A DNA stretch of 64,000 nucleotides from Thermodesulfobacteriota bacterium (GCA_035625415.1 DASPPQ010000070.1:6052-70051), one strand, 5' to 3'. Positions 1-10,505 are shown, counted from the stretch's first letter. The notes: a model not told the origin generated them from the letters alone. Translations and numbers: made by a program.

Positions 1-71
1 TAATAAAGGCGATGAAGGCAAGGCCGCTTACCAAGCTTGAAATAGTAATCTTTGCGTAGCAATGAAGGTGT

Positions 72-605
72 TTATTCATAAAAAAGGAGTGCCATGATTT
101 TCCAATTGCCTGTCGGTTCCCGATAAAGGATAAACCTGTCGGTCCCAGTGATTACAACGCTGCCTTTGTGCAATTCCCATTGCACCGAAACCGATGCCGC
201 TTTTGGATCTGCATTAGCTGTAAAATTAGTCATTTTTTCATACATAGGCTCGGACGAACTTACATGGGCAAAACTTTGTTGAGTCATGAAGGAGTTCAAG
301 TCTAAACTATCTATTGTATATGGTTTACTACTAATATAAAAAATACGGGCATCTTCATGAAAGTGGGACCTATAGGCTTTTAAATCACGGGCAGACCATG
401 TTGAAAAATATGATTCCAAAAAAGCACGAATGTCAGCAGGAGACGAAGCTTGAACCGTGCAAGACATCCAATAAAAGAGTAATAAAAGTGAGATTATAAG
501 CGTGACACCCGCCAGAATTAGGCCACGACGGAATTTTCGCTGAGGAGGTTTTATCTGGCCATTTTTTTGGTTTTTGCATCTAAAATCATTCGTTGTCAGT
601 TTCAT
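72..605 (-). CDS. membrane-anchored NTF2-like (SnoaL/DUF4440-like) protein, function unknown
   Basis: ORF 72..683. Internal ATG at 605 is preceded by GGAG. Basic N-terminus, one hydrophobic helix (LILAGVTLIISLLLLFYW), then an NTF2-like pattern (FLESYFSTWSARDLKAYRSHF...DRFILYRE..GNWKI). Confidence 0.4.
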   Translation of the reverse strand: MKLTTNDFRCKNQKNGQIKPPQRKFRRGLILAGVTLIISLLLLFYWMSCTVQASSPADIRAFLESYFSTWSARDLKAYRSHFHEDARIFYISSKPYTIDSLDLNSFMTQQSFAHVSSSEPMYEKMTNFTANADPKAASVSVQWELHKGSVVITGTDRFILYREPTGNWKIMALLFYE

Positions 606-798
606 AAAGACAAACTCCAACTGAACCCTTCCCCAATTCAAAGAGTCCAAGTTGCCCTTGGCAATAAATAATATGAACCTCATCCTGTTGTCAAGGCGAA
701 AAACGGGGTGTGCTTATAAAATAGAAGGTCCTTTGCTAGACCGTTACGTGCATGCGACACCATCGGCCAGAGCTAACTTAGACTGAAGATAGGCAGGT

Positions 799-880
799 GG
801 AAGCTGTATTTTTGGTCATTCAATGGAATTGTCTTCTATCTCCTTAAGTTCATTTTCATCTATTAAAAATAAACGTAATT
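799..880. repeat. ~80-nt intergenic repeat, copy A (partner at 11248-11330)
   Basis: ggaagctgtatttttggtcattcaatggaattgtcttctatctcc.. versus ggaagccgtatttttgggccattcaacggaattggtctctgtttcc.. About three quarters of positions are identical by eye. Confidence 0.6.
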
Positions 881-978
881 CTTATGATTGCATTGTAATG
901 AGCACATGCTGGAACTTGCCTAACGGTTGGCGACTTTCATAGCCTTCGATAGACAGTGAAATCGGTGCTGAACGTCCA

Positions 979-1785
979 TCATCTCTTCTCAGTCAGGAAT
1001 TCTATAACCTCACGTAAAAATAACTCTGGAGCAGTGTCCATCGCCGCATGCCGTTGTCCTGGCATCGTTGCGATTCTACTATGGGGAAGAGATCTTTTTA
1101 GAGTTTCGATCGCGGCACTGTAGAACGGAGGACTTTCTCCCCCCAGGAGAAGTAATGTTGGTATTTCCATATGGGAAAACCGTTCAGGGTTGAAGAGGTA
1201 GGAGTCGACACTCGCTTCTTCCCGGGGAATGGTGTGGGCGGTAGCTACCCTTAAGGGCCAACCGGGCATGGATCTCAACCTATTCATTTCACTCGTTGGG
1301 ATTCCGACGATCTCCCGCAGAAAAATGAGCAAAGCTTTCTCGCCTTCTCCAATATGCAGATAGGAGTGGATTCTGTCCATCGCGTCGGGAGGGTAATTTT
1401 TTTTAATAGGAGTGGATATTGGAGGTTCATATAAAATCAGCTTTCGAAGGTTGGGCGTCTTCAGAGAAGCTTCCAAAGCGCATAGGGCGCCAAAGGAATG
1501 CCCGAGTAGGTTCACTGGGCCAGGAATGGAATCGACGGTGGTCGCCACATCTTCGTATTCATGCTCTATGGCATAGGGCTCGGCATCCCCGCTCTGACCG
1601 CGACCTCTACGATCTATCGCATAAACAGTGAAATGTTTTCTCATTTTCTGGAGGATTGGCCTCCAACGTGTATGATCCGCCGCTGAACCGTGGACCAAAA
1701 CGAGGGGTGGTCCCTGGCCGCAACGTTCATAGGCAATGGGGACACCATCTTTCGATGTGACATGCTCCACGCTTACCTCTGCCAA
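979..1785 (-). CDS. alpha/beta-fold hydrolase
   Basis: HGSAADHTRW oxyanion region, nucleophile elbow GHSFGA, C-terminal HAAM histidine region. Length of 268 aa is typical. Confidence 0.8.
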   Translation of the reverse strand: MAEVSVEHVTSKDGVPIAYERCGQGPPLVLVHGSAADHTRWRPILQKMRKHFTVYAIDRRGRGQSGDAEPYAIEHEYEDVATTVDSIPGPVNLLGHSFGALCALEASLKTPNLRKLILYEPPISTPIKKNYPPDAMDRIHSYLHIGEGEKALLIFLREIVGIPTSEMNRLRSMPGWPLRVATAHTIPREEASVDSYLFNPERFSHMEIPTLLLLGGESPPFYSAAIETLKRSLPHSRIATMPGQRHAAMDTAPELFLREVIEFLTEKR

Positions 1786-1865
1786 GCCACAGGATTGGGA
1801 AGGATACCGATCCTCTCAATTTCCGCCAATGGTTTATTGGAGCTTCCCGACCGCAGGCCGGGGTT

Positions 1866-3470
1866 TCACTTCTGAATATATTTAAGATCCCCTTTCACTA
1901 CTTTACCGGCAGGATTTCTGGGCAACGCGTCTAAAAATTCTATGTATTTGGGAATTTTATAATCTGCCAAGTGTTCTGAACAAAAATTCTTAAACTCCTC
2001 CTCGTCTGCAGTTTGTCCAGGTCTCAATACGATCGCGGCTTTCACTGCTTCACCCAAAAATTTATCAGGGACAGCCACAACGGCTACTTCTAACACGTTC
2101 GGATGCTTAGATATGACATTCTCAACTTCGAGAGAAAATATCTTTTCCCCTCCCCGATTAATCATATCCTTCTTGCGGTCAAGGATATAGAGGTAGCCTT
2201 CGTCGTCCAATTTTCCAATATCGCCTGTATGCAGCCAGCCATCGATGATCGTGGCCTTCGTCGCCTCGGGCTTTCCCCAATATCCCTTCGTGACGGTTGG
2301 GCCTCTCAGAATAATCTCACCCACACCGTTGGGGGGCAATTCTTTTCCTTCTTCGTCCACAATTTTTACATCCACCAGCGGGAGAATCTTACCTGCCGCT
2401 TCAATCTTCCGAAGCGTATCCTCATAGGGTGTGGTTGAAGCAATCCCGTCACTCTCCGTTAAACCATAACCGATGCTCAATTTAAGATGAGGAAGTCTAT
2501 TCAGAATCCCTTTGACCATCTCTTCTGTAGCAGGCGACCCACCACACATGGCTACTTTGTAGGAACTAAAATCAAAATGGTCGAACTCAGGGTGATGAAT
2601 CATTAACCAAAGGATAGTAATCACGCTGATGGTCTTGGTAATCTTTTCGGAAGACATGATCTCCAAAAAATCTTTTACCTTGAACGTTCTCACATAGACA
2701 CAAGGGATGCCGCTGAAGATATGGGAGAGCATAATTTGAGCAAGGCCCGTGATATGAAAAAGGGGGACAACACAAATGACTCGATCTTCAGGCTCGTAAG
2801 CGATAAAATCACTGATATGCATGGCCGTTGCGATAAGACTCCGGTGATACAAAACGGCCCCCTTGGGTTTCCCCGTCGTACCCGAAGTATACATAATGAT
2901 CGCATCATCTGTTTCGTCTAAGATTGTTCTTTGAAATGTCCCTTCTTGGCTTTCCTTCAACTCAGCAAAAGGAAGAACGCCCTTGGGAAGACCTGATCCA
3001 TTGAAGAATGTTTTTTCAACGGTTTTTAAGTCATTGTGGACGGCGGCAATCGATGGCCAATATTCTTGATCCACCACGAGCATTTTGCTTCCGGAATCAT
3101 TGATCTCATAAGACAATTCTTCCCCTTTGAATCGTGTATTTAAAGGGACTGCAATCGCACCTAATTTCATTAATGCAAAGAAACATAATGGGAATTCTAA
3201 CCCGATCCCTAAAAGGAGAGAAACACGATCTCCTTTTTTGACATGGTATTTTTGTAACCCTGTTGCAATTCTATTTACGATTTGATTAAATTCCTCAAAG
3301 GTTAATTTTTGATGATCGCAAATGAACCCTATACGGTTGGGGTACCGGGTGACGGTGTTCTCCAACATTTGGACGAGATGCCTTGGCCTATTTTTAAAGA
3401 TTCTCCCTCTAAAATCGGGCCATTCCTCCTCCACGATCTCCCCGCCCATCTTACTCCCCAAGCGTTTCAT
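1866..3470 (-). CDS. AMP-dependent acyl-CoA synthetase (fatty-acid/organic-acid CoA ligase)
   Basis: AMP-binding motif YTSGTTGKPKGA, GYGLTE, TGDIG..DEEGYLYILDRKKD, C-terminal PRNPAGKV. Confidence 0.9.
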   Translation of the reverse strand: MKRLGSKMGGEIVEEEWPDFRGRIFKNRPRHLVQMLENTVTRYPNRIGFICDHQKLTFEEFNQIVNRIATGLQKYHVKKGDRVSLLLGIGLEFPLCFFALMKLGAIAVPLNTRFKGEELSYEINDSGSKMLVVDQEYWPSIAAVHNDLKTVEKTFFNGSGLPKGVLPFAELKESQEGTFQRTILDETDDAIIMYTSGTTGKPKGAVLYHRSLIATAMHISDFIAYEPEDRVICVVPLFHITGLAQIMLSHIFSGIPCVYVRTFKVKDFLEIMSSEKITKTISVITILWLMIHHPEFDHFDFSSYKVAMCGGSPATEEMVKGILNRLPHLKLSIGYGLTESDGIASTTPYEDTLRKIEAAGKILPLVDVKIVDEEGKELPPNGVGEIILRGPTVTKGYWGKPEATKATIIDGWLHTGDIGKLDDEGYLYILDRKKDMINRGGEKIFSLEVENVISKHPNVLEVAVVAVPDKFLGEAVKAAIVLRPGQTADEEEFKNFCSEHLADYKIPKYIEFLDALPRNPAGKVVKGDLKYIQK

Positions 3471-3481
3471 TTGGCCTCCCT

Positions 3482-4186
3482 CTAAATCCCCAAATAAGCC
3501 TTTCTCACATGATCCTCCCCTAAAAGTTTCTCACTCTCTCCTTCCAAAATAATTCTTCCATTCTCGATGACATATCCCCTTTGAGCGGTGGAGAGGGCGA
3601 GATGCATGTTCTGCTCGACCAACAAAATCGTCATCCCTTCTTGGTTAATCCTCTTGATCACCTCAAAGAGGTTCGTGACGATCAAAGGGGCAAGCCCTAA
3701 AGAAGGTTCATCCAACATGAGGATCCGGGGAAGTGTCATTAAGCCTCTGCCGATGGCTAACATCTGTTGCTCTCCGCCACTGAGCGTTCCTGCGAGTTGA
3801 TGCTTCCTCTCCTCGAGGCGGGGAAATATGGCAAACACCTTGACTAAGTTCTCTTTCCGATGTATTTTGGCTGTCCGGATATAGCTTCCCAATTCAAGAT
3901 TTTCGAGTACGGTCATTTCTTGGAAAATCTTTCTCCCTTCGGGGATCCGGACCACTCCTTGTTTAACAATCTGGTGAGGTTCTAAACAATCAACCCGTTT
4001 ATTGAAAAAGTAAATCTCCCCCGCTGTCGGCCGTAGAACTCCAGAAAGAGTGAGGAGCAGCGTCGTCTTCCCTGCTCCATTTGCCCCTAACACGGATACC
4101 ATCTCTCCCCTTTCAATCTTCAGGGAAACGGTATGAAGGATCTGAATGTCGCCGTATCCTGCAGAAATTTGTTTCACATCAAACAA
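3482..4186 (-). CDS. livF: HAAT-family ABC transporter ATP-binding protein (LivF-type)
   Basis: Walker A GANGAGKTT, signature LSGGEQQMLAIGR, Walker B LMLDEPS. 8-nt overlap with the upstream livG-type gene. Confidence 0.9.
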   Translation of the reverse strand: MFDVKQISAGYGDIQILHTVSLKIERGEMVSVLGANGAGKTTLLLTLSGVLRPTAGEIYFFNKRVDCLEPHQIVKQGVVRIPEGRKIFQEMTVLENLELGSYIRTAKIHRKENLVKVFAIFPRLEERKHQLAGTLSGGEQQMLAIGRGLMTLPRILMLDEPSLGLAPLIVTNLFEVIKRINQEGMTILLVEQNMHLALSTAQRGYVIENGRIILEGESEKLLGEDHVRKAYLGI

Positions 4187-4904
4187 AGCGATATTTCTCC
4201 CCTAAATAGGATTTAATGACATCTGGATCCTGGGCAACCTCTCGAGGTCCTCCCTGCGCAATAATCTCTCCGAAGCATAAGACTAATATTCGATCGGATA
4301 TGGTCATTACGATTCGCATCGTGTGTTCAATCACGATGATGGTGACCCCGCCCTCCCTGATCTTGATGACCAACTCGATCATCTGCTTCTGTTCGACAGG
4401 GTTTAGACCAGCCATCACCTCGTCCAGCAGGAGAAATTTGGGTTGGGTGGCCAAACATCTAGCCAATTCTAACTGTTTCCGTTCTGCCAAGGTGAGACTG
4501 CCTGGAAGTTCATTTCTCTTTAACCATAGGCCCACAAATTCAAGGAGGCTTTCTGATTGACGATTTGCTTGCTTGATCTCTTTTCCCCGGTTGAACACCG
4601 CCGCTCTCACATTTCTCATCACACTCAGATGAGGAAAAGGTTTGACGATCTGAAAAGTTCTGCCAATTCCTCTCTTGCAAATCTGATGGGGTTTGAGGCC
4701 GACTAAACTCTCGCCTTCAAAATAAATGCTTCCTGTATCAGGAGGGAGAAAACCAGAGATGAGGTTGAATAGGGTGGTTTTGCCCGATCCGTTTGGACCG
4801 ATTAAACCCAGAATCTCCCCTCCTGCGACCTCGAATGTCACGTGGTTGACCGCCATCAATCCACCAAATGACTTGGACAGATTTTCTATTTTCAAGGATG
4901 GCAT
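4179..4904 (-). CDS. livG: HAAT-family ABC transporter ATP-binding protein (LivG-type)
   Basis: Walker A GPNGSGKTT, GIGRTFQ motif typical of LivG, Walker B LLLDEVMAG. Confidence 0.9.
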   Translation of the reverse strand: MPSLKIENLSKSFGGLMAVNHVTFEVAGGEILGLIGPNGSGKTTLFNLISGFLPPDTGSIYFEGESLVGLKPHQICKRGIGRTFQIVKPFPHLSVMRNVRAAVFNRGKEIKQANRQSESLLEFVGLWLKRNELPGSLTLAERKQLELARCLATQPKFLLLDEVMAGLNPVEQKQMIELVIKIREGGVTIIVIEHTMRIVMTISDRILVLCFGEIIAQGGPREVAQDPDVIKSYLGEKYRFV

Positions 4905-4914
4905 ATTTTTGGTC

Positions 4915-5877
4915 TCAATGTTTTTTCTTTAAACTGCTTAACCATCCGTAGATTCCGTTAGGAAGGAAAATGATCACGCCAACCAAAATGGCCCCGTAAA
5001 TCATCAGATGGACCCCGTGGTAACCACCCAATATTCCCCGGGTCACCTCTCCCAGAGGGCCCAAGACGAATGATCCGATGATGGGACCATAGACGGTCCC
5101 CACGCCTCCGACAATGGGCCTCAAAAAAATTTCAATAGAGGTGTCGACACCGAAGGTGACCGGTGGGTCGATGTAAAGGAAATACTGGGCATAGAAGGTT
5201 CCTCCAAGGGCAGTGAGAAAGCCACTGATCAAAATCGCCAAAAGTTTATATGAAAATGTATTGACCCCTATTGCCTCGGCTGAATCCTCGTCTTCCCGGA
5301 TGGCGGCAAGATAGTCGCCGATCTTTCCCGTGTCAATCCACCGGGCAACCCAGAGAACACCGATGAACATCAGTAAGATCACAAAGTAGTAGAAAATCTT
5401 CGATTCATGCTGAAAAGAGAGGGGGGCATTTCCTTTAAGGGGAATGAGGATGCCCATCGCCTTTCCGGTCACATCCAGATTGAGAGAGATCAAACGCAAC
5501 AATTCAGCGAACGCTAATGTCGCCAGGGCAAAGTAAGGGCCTCTCAGTCCATAATGGAAACAAAGAGAGCCGATCAACAGTCCTAATAACATTCCCAGAA
5601 GACCCCCCAAGACCATTCCAATCCACGGACTGATGTTCCAATTGACGAAGGCCAATGTCGAGGCGTAAGCCCCGATTCCAAAGAAGGCAGCGTGCCCAAA
5701 AGAAAACTGGCCAGCATAACCTCCCAAGATGTTCCAACTCGTTCCCAAATATCCGTAGAAGAGAATCATGATAAGAACATGAACAAAATACGAGGGGAGT
5801 AAAAAGGGCAGCAAAATAGAGATCAAGGTAAGGCCGAACCAAAAGAAAAGTACCTTTGGAATTCCATTTCTAGACAT
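4915..5877 (-). CDS. livM: HAAT-family ABC transporter permease (LivM-type)
   Basis: Polytopic membrane protein with GGYAGQFSFGHAAFFGIGAY and REDEDSAEAIG motifs characteristic of LivM. Confidence 0.85.
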   Translation of the reverse strand: MSRNGIPKVLFFWFGLTLISILLPFLLPSYFVHVLIMILFYGYLGTSWNILGGYAGQFSFGHAAFFGIGAYASTLAFVNWNISPWIGMVLGGLLGMLLGLLIGSLCFHYGLRGPYFALATLAFAELLRLISLNLDVTGKAMGILIPLKGNAPLSFQHESKIFYYFVILLMFIGVLWVARWIDTGKIGDYLAAIREDEDSAEAIGVNTFSYKLLAILISGFLTALGGTFYAQYFLYIDPPVTFGVDTSIEIFLRPIVGGVGTVYGPIIGSFVLGPLGEVTRGILGGYHGVHLMIYGAILVGVIIFLPNGIYGWLSSLKKKH

Positions 5878-6742
5878 GCTTTTTCCCGAACAACCCTTTC
5901 GGTCTGAGCAGAAGCGTGAGAATGAAGATGGAATAGATGGGCACTTGCTTCAAGGAGCCAGGAAGCAAAACTTCGCCAAGAGATTCTGCGATTCCTACAA
6001 TGAGAGCTCCAAAAAATGCTCCCCAAAAACTTCCCAGCCCACCCAGGACGACAATCACAAAGGCTGTAATGACGAAGACCATGCCGACCGTAGGGGTGAT
6101 ATAAAAAAAGGGGGTGATCATGGTGCCTGCAGCAGCGACACAGGCGGCGCCAATTCCAAAGGCGACGGAGTATATGATTTTCCTGTGGATGCCGATCACA
6201 TGTGCTCCTTCTCGATCCTGGGAAATAGCTCGAATTGCTTTTCCAGAATCGGTTTTGGTCAAGAAGAGGTAGAGCAGTAAGGTCATCGTAAGGGCCGCTC
6301 CAAAAGCGATCATCCGGGGAGTACTGAACATCAACTTGTGTATATGCATGGCTCCTGCTAAGGTTGTCACCTGTAACATCCGATAGTTCGGGCTCCATAG
6401 GAATAAAGCTAAGTTCTCGAGGAAGAGGGCGATCCCTAAGGTTAAAAGAAGCTGATTGTGTTCAGGCCCCTCGATGATCCGATTGATCAGACCATACTGG
6501 ATGAGGAACCCAACCACGAAGAGAGCGCACATACTGATAACTAATGAGAAATAGGGATGGATATCCAAGAAGATCGAAACCCAATAAGTGAAATACATAC
6601 CAAGCATCATAAAAGCGCCATGAGCAAAATTGATGATCTTCATCACCCCAAAGATCAAGTTCAGACTGACTGCGACCAATGCATAGACTCCCCCCATGAG
6701 GAGTCCGCTGATGATGGCTTGCGCCAAAATGTTGGTATCCAT
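5870..6742 (-). CDS. livH: HAAT-family ABC transporter permease (LivH-type)
   Basis: The ORF track gives 5870..6874, which would overlap the SBP gene. The ATG at 6742 yields the canonical LivH N-terminus MDTNILAQAIISGLLMGGVYALVA..NFAHG. Confidence 0.85.
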   Translation of the reverse strand: MDTNILAQAIISGLLMGGVYALVAVSLNLIFGVMKIINFAHGAFMMLGMYFTYWVSIFLDIHPYFSLVISMCALFVVGFLIQYGLINRIIEGPEHNQLLLTLGIALFLENLALFLWSPNYRMLQVTTLAGAMHIHKLMFSTPRMIAFGAALTMTLLLYLFLTKTDSGKAIRAISQDREGAHVIGIHRKIIYSVAFGIGAACVAAAGTMITPFFYITPTVGMVFVITAFVIVVLGGLGSFWGAFFGALIVGIAESLGEVLLPGSLKQVPIYSIFILTLLLRPKGLFGKKHV

Positions 6743-6773
6743 CCCTACCCTCTCTGCAGCTAGCCAAACCAGG

Positions 6774-8033
6774 TCATTTACGATCTTTCCACTTGGGCAT
6801 CGGCCAAATCGGTCTGCTGGCAGCATACTCTTCAGGGAAAATGGAACGACGCTTCCCATTTTGAACCTGAGCAATCACCGTCCTCGCATCTTTATTCTGC
6901 CCGTCCTCGCCAAAGAGTATAGCGCAGGGTTGGATGTTCCCTTTTTCTCCTGGCTTCAAATTGGTCTTCGTAAGAGCCTCCCGTATTTTTTCACGATCCG
7001 TTGAGGCTGCTCTCTCAAGGGCATCCTTCAGCACGTAAACACACGTGTAGCACATGGAGGCGACGCAGTCCATTCCAACGCCATTCCTCTTAATAAAATT
7101 CTCATTGGCCTCTTTGACTCCAGGAATCTTCAAGTCATCTTCCCAGTTCTCACAAACAGAGACGTATTCTGTCAATTTCCCCAACGCTTTAATGTAGGCA
7201 TCATCTTGATGTCCTCCACCCATGCCAATGATGGCCTGCGTGTTGAAGTCAAGATCTTTCATCGTTCTTGTTGAGAGAATGGCGTCAGAGATGTAGGCAA
7301 CCGTTAAGGCCACATCCGGGTTCGCCGCTTTTAGCTTTGAAATAATACCCGTAAGGTCTGAGGTGGCATGAGGATAGGGAAGGTCGGCTACAATGGAATA
7401 CCCTTTCTCCGCAGCCAAACCTTTCCAGGCTTTTGCACTGGATTGACCCCAAAGGGTATCTTCATAATATATCCCGATATTCTTTATCTTGATCCCCCTT
7501 TTTTTCTGAATATAGGCCAAATATTCGTATTCATCCCGAATATGCCATGCATCGGTAGCAATGGGTCTGAAGGTATACTTAAACCCGCGCTGTGTGATCG
7601 ACTCGGCTACGCCAACGCCCACGATGAAAGGGGTTTTATACTTTTCAGCTACCTGGGTGGTAGCAAAAACGACGGCACTTTGAAAGGCTCCCATGACGGC
7701 AACGGCACCCCTTTGTATATGTTTTTCTGTCTCTGCCATTCCCACCTCCGGTTTTCCTTCGCTATCCCCGAGCATGATTCTTAATCTCGCACCGCCTAAG
7801 GATTTGATTCCACCGGTTGCGTTGATCTCATCCACTGCCTGTTCATAGCCTCTTCGATCACTCAACCCCAGGGGAGCCAAAGGACCGGTCAGAGGTTCAA
7901 CCACACCAAACTTTACTTCTTCTACAGAATGGGCTAATCGAGGGAATCCAGAGAGGGTAACAACAGCTCCCAATGCGCCCATTCCTTTTATGAATTCTCT
8001 TCGATTTACACCTCTTTTAACCCTCTTCTTCAT
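6774..8033 (-). CDS. periplasmic substrate-binding protein, LivK/type-I PBP family, Tat signal
   Basis: Twin-arginine leader NRREFIKGMGALGAVVTLSG, then the type-I PBP pattern (FGVVEPLTGPLAP..G). Ligand not inferable from sequence. Confidence 0.85.
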   Translation of the reverse strand: MKKRVKRGVNRREFIKGMGALGAVVTLSGFPRLAHSVEEVKFGVVEPLTGPLAPLGLSDRRGYEQAVDEINATGGIKSLGGARLRIMLGDSEGKPEVGMAETEKHIQRGAVAVMGAFQSAVVFATTQVAEKYKTPFIVGVGVAESITQRGFKYTFRPIATDAWHIRDEYEYLAYIQKKRGIKIKNIGIYYEDTLWGQSSAKAWKGLAAEKGYSIVADLPYPHATSDLTGIISKLKAANPDVALTVAYISDAILSTRTMKDLDFNTQAIIGMGGGHQDDAYIKALGKLTEYVSVCENWEDDLKIPGVKEANENFIKRNGVGMDCVASMCYTCVYVLKDALERAASTDREKIREALTKTNLKPGEKGNIQPCAILFGEDGQNKDARTVIAQVQNGKRRSIFPEEYAASRPIWPMPKWKDRK

Positions 8034-8106
8034 ACAAACCTCCTTTCAAAATAGAATGAGTGAGCTAAATGGTATACAGCCTCTTACCCTGTTAAGATGA
8101 TTCCCA

Positions 8107-9282
8107 TCACCCCCTCTCAATCACCATGGCGAACCCCAACCCTCCCCCAACGCAAAGGGTAGCAAGCCCCAGATGAAGATTCCTCTTGGCCATTTCATGA
8201 ATGAGCGTCACGACCAGCCGGCATCCTGTTGCCCCTACAGGGTGGCCCAAGGCAATGCCACTTCCGTTGACGTTGACAATCTCCCTATTTAATCCCAACT
8301 CTTTCTCGCAGGACAAATACTGTGCAGCAAAGGCCTCATTGATTTCTATGAGCTGAATATCCTTGAGGGAAAGACCTACCTTTTTTAATACCTTCTGCGT
8401 GGCAGGAACAGGTCCGATCCCCATATAGGATGGGTCCACCCCGACGATCGCATAACCCAATATCTTGGCCAAAGGCTTTAGCCCCATTTCTTTCGCTTTC
8501 TCTTTCGACATCAATAGAGTCATCGCAGAGGCATCATTGAGTCCTGATGAATTTCCTGCTGTCACGGTTCCACCTTTTTTAAAGGCCGGAGGCAGCTTAG
8601 CCAGCTTCTCCAGCGTCGCATCAGGTCTCGGATGTTCATCGGTATCAACAATCTTTGTCTCTCCTTTTTTCTGAAGGATGGGGACAGGAGTAATCTCGTC
8701 CTTAAACCTTCCCTTTTGAATCGCTTTACAAGCTCTCTGTTGGCTGATCAACGAAAACTGATCCTGTTCTTCCCTCGAAATCCCATACTTCTCCGCCAGA
8801 TTTTCTGCTGTTAGCCCCATTCCAGCACCAATCGGGTACTCCTGCATAGCTCTCCATAGCATATCGATCAATTGCCCATGCTGAAGACGCTGCCCCCAAC
8901 GGGTCGTCGTAAGGATGTAAGGAGCATTGCTCATGCTTTCAACCCCTCCTGTCAGAACCACACCCACATCCCCATCTCGAATCGCCTGGGATCCACAGAT
9001 CATCGCCTGCATTCCGGACGCGCAATTGACCCCAATCGTGAAGCCGGGCGTCTCAAGGGGAAGACCACATTTGACTGCTGCGATTCGCGCAACATTTTGA
9101 TCCAGCGGTTCAAAACAGTTTCCCATGATTACCTGCTCCACGGACCTCTTTTCGATACCAGCCTGCTGAAGAGAGGAGTCAATGACCGCCATCGCCAAAA
9201 AAGTTGCTGGGACATCCTTTAATGACCCGCCAAAATCTCCAATGGGTGTTCTCGTCGCACTCACGATCACAACATCTTTCAT
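8107..9282 (-). CDS. acetyl-CoA C-acetyltransferase (thiolase II family)
   Basis: VNCASGMQA active-site Cys region, NEAFAAQ, GHPVGATGCR and CVGGGLG C-terminal thiolase signatures. Confidence 0.9.
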   Translation of the reverse strand: MKDVVIVSATRTPIGDFGGSLKDVPATFLAMAVIDSSLQQAGIEKRSVEQVIMGNCFEPLDQNVARIAAVKCGLPLETPGFTIGVNCASGMQAMICGSQAIRDGDVGVVLTGGVESMSNAPYILTTTRWGQRLQHGQLIDMLWRAMQEYPIGAGMGLTAENLAEKYGISREEQDQFSLISQQRACKAIQKGRFKDEITPVPILQKKGETKIVDTDEHPRPDATLEKLAKLPPAFKKGGTVTAGNSSGLNDASAMTLLMSKEKAKEMGLKPLAKILGYAIVGVDPSYMGIGPVPATQKVLKKVGLSLKDIQLIEINEAFAAQYLSCEKELGLNREIVNVNGSGIALGHPVGATGCRLVVTLIHEMAKRNLHLGLATLCVGGGLGFAMVIERG

Positions 9283-9340
9283 CGTTTCTCCTTTCTCGAT
9301 CCTTAAAAATAGGTTTTCATTTCTTTAAAAATGCCCTCAG

Positions 9341-10489
9341 TCATAACTTCCCTAATAACTCACGGGCAATCGTATTCTTTTCAATCTCCTTCGTCCCTTC
9401 GTAGATTTCCACAATCTTTGCATCCCTGTAGAAGCGTTCGATATCGTAATCCGCGATATACCCGTATCCACCATGGAGCTGAAGGGCCTCATTGGTCACT
9501 TTGACTCCAATCTCTCCGGCTAAATATTTGGCGATGGAAATCAGTTTGGGATCCACCTTCCCATGATCGAGCATCCATGCTGCTTGATAGCAGAGGATCC
9601 GAGCTGCTTCGACCCAGGTAGCCATCTCCGCGATCTTGAATTGGACTGCCTGAAAAGCGCCAAGGACTTGCCCGAACTGTTTCCTCTTCTTCACATATTG
9701 GGCGGCTTTATCCAGAGCGCCTTGTGCAACGCCGACACCCTGAGAGGCGGCGATCACTCGGTTGATGTTGAAGAGTTGCATGATTTGTGAGAACCCTTCT
9801 CCTTCTTTCATTCCGATGAGGTTTTCCTTCGGAACTCTCACGTCATTGAGCCGAATCTCTGCGGTGTCGGACGCCCTGATACCCATCTTCCCGGTAATCT
9901 TTAAGGCACTGAATCCCGGACGATCTGTCTCCACAAGGATCACCCCGAACCTCTTGAGCCTCGATTCTACCTCCGGATTCACCTGACAGAATACGGCGAG
10001 ATAATTGGCAATACTTCCATTGGTGATGAATTGTTTCGATCCGTTGATCACAAAGAAATCCCCGTCTCTTTTTGCTAAGGTTAAAATGGACAGGATATCG
10101 CTTCCGGCATCCGGTTCTGTGATGGCAGTCCCCATAATCGCTTTTCCCTTTGTAAGAGGCGGGAGGTATCTCCGTTTCTGTTCGTCCGTGCCGTAAAGTT
10201 GAATCAATTCAGAGCCGAAGGCCGTCAGCAAAATATTCCCGCATCCAGGATCCACACGCCAAAATTCTTCCATCACCAGTGCAAATTCAAGGAACCCTAA
10301 ACCAAGGCCTCCATATTCTTTTTTGAGAAAGAGACCGATAAATCCCAGTCCGCAGGCCTTCTCCCAAAGGTCCTTTGGAAACTCCTCCCGGCGGTCATAT
10401 TCGCGAGCAACCCCCGGAAACTCTCCTTCAGCAAACTCACGTGCAGCCGCCCGTATTTGTTTTTGCCGATTTGTCAGTTCAAAATCCAC
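9341..10489 (-). CDS. acyl-CoA dehydrogenase
   Basis: 382 aa. ITEPDAGSD, QFITNG, C-terminal IYEGTKEIEKNTIAREL (catalytic Glu region). Confidence 0.9.
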   Translation of the reverse strand: MDFELTNRQKQIRAAAREFAEGEFPGVAREYDRREEFPKDLWEKACGLGFIGLFLKKEYGGLGLGFLEFALVMEEFWRVDPGCGNILLTAFGSELIQLYGTDEQKRRYLPPLTKGKAIMGTAITEPDAGSDILSILTLAKRDGDFFVINGSKQFITNGSIANYLAVFCQVNPEVESRLKRFGVILVETDRPGFSALKITGKMGIRASDTAEIRLNDVRVPKENLIGMKEGEGFSQIMQLFNINRVIAASQGVGVAQGALDKAAQYVKKRKQFGQVLGAFQAVQFKIAEMATWVEAARILCYQAAWMLDHGKVDPKLISIAKYLAGEIGVKVTNEALQLHGGYGYIADYDIERFYRDAKIVEIYEGTKEIEKNTIARELLGKL

Positions 10490-10505
10490 CGCCTTCTCCC
10501 TTCGC

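Noticed and set aside
5504-6398. Alternative-frame minus-strand ORFs (5504-5842, 5823-6398, 6462-6767) inside the livM/livH genes.
   Set aside because: They are out-of-frame readings of membrane-protein genes, and their translations are Arg/Trp/Cys-rich nonsense with no signal of selection.
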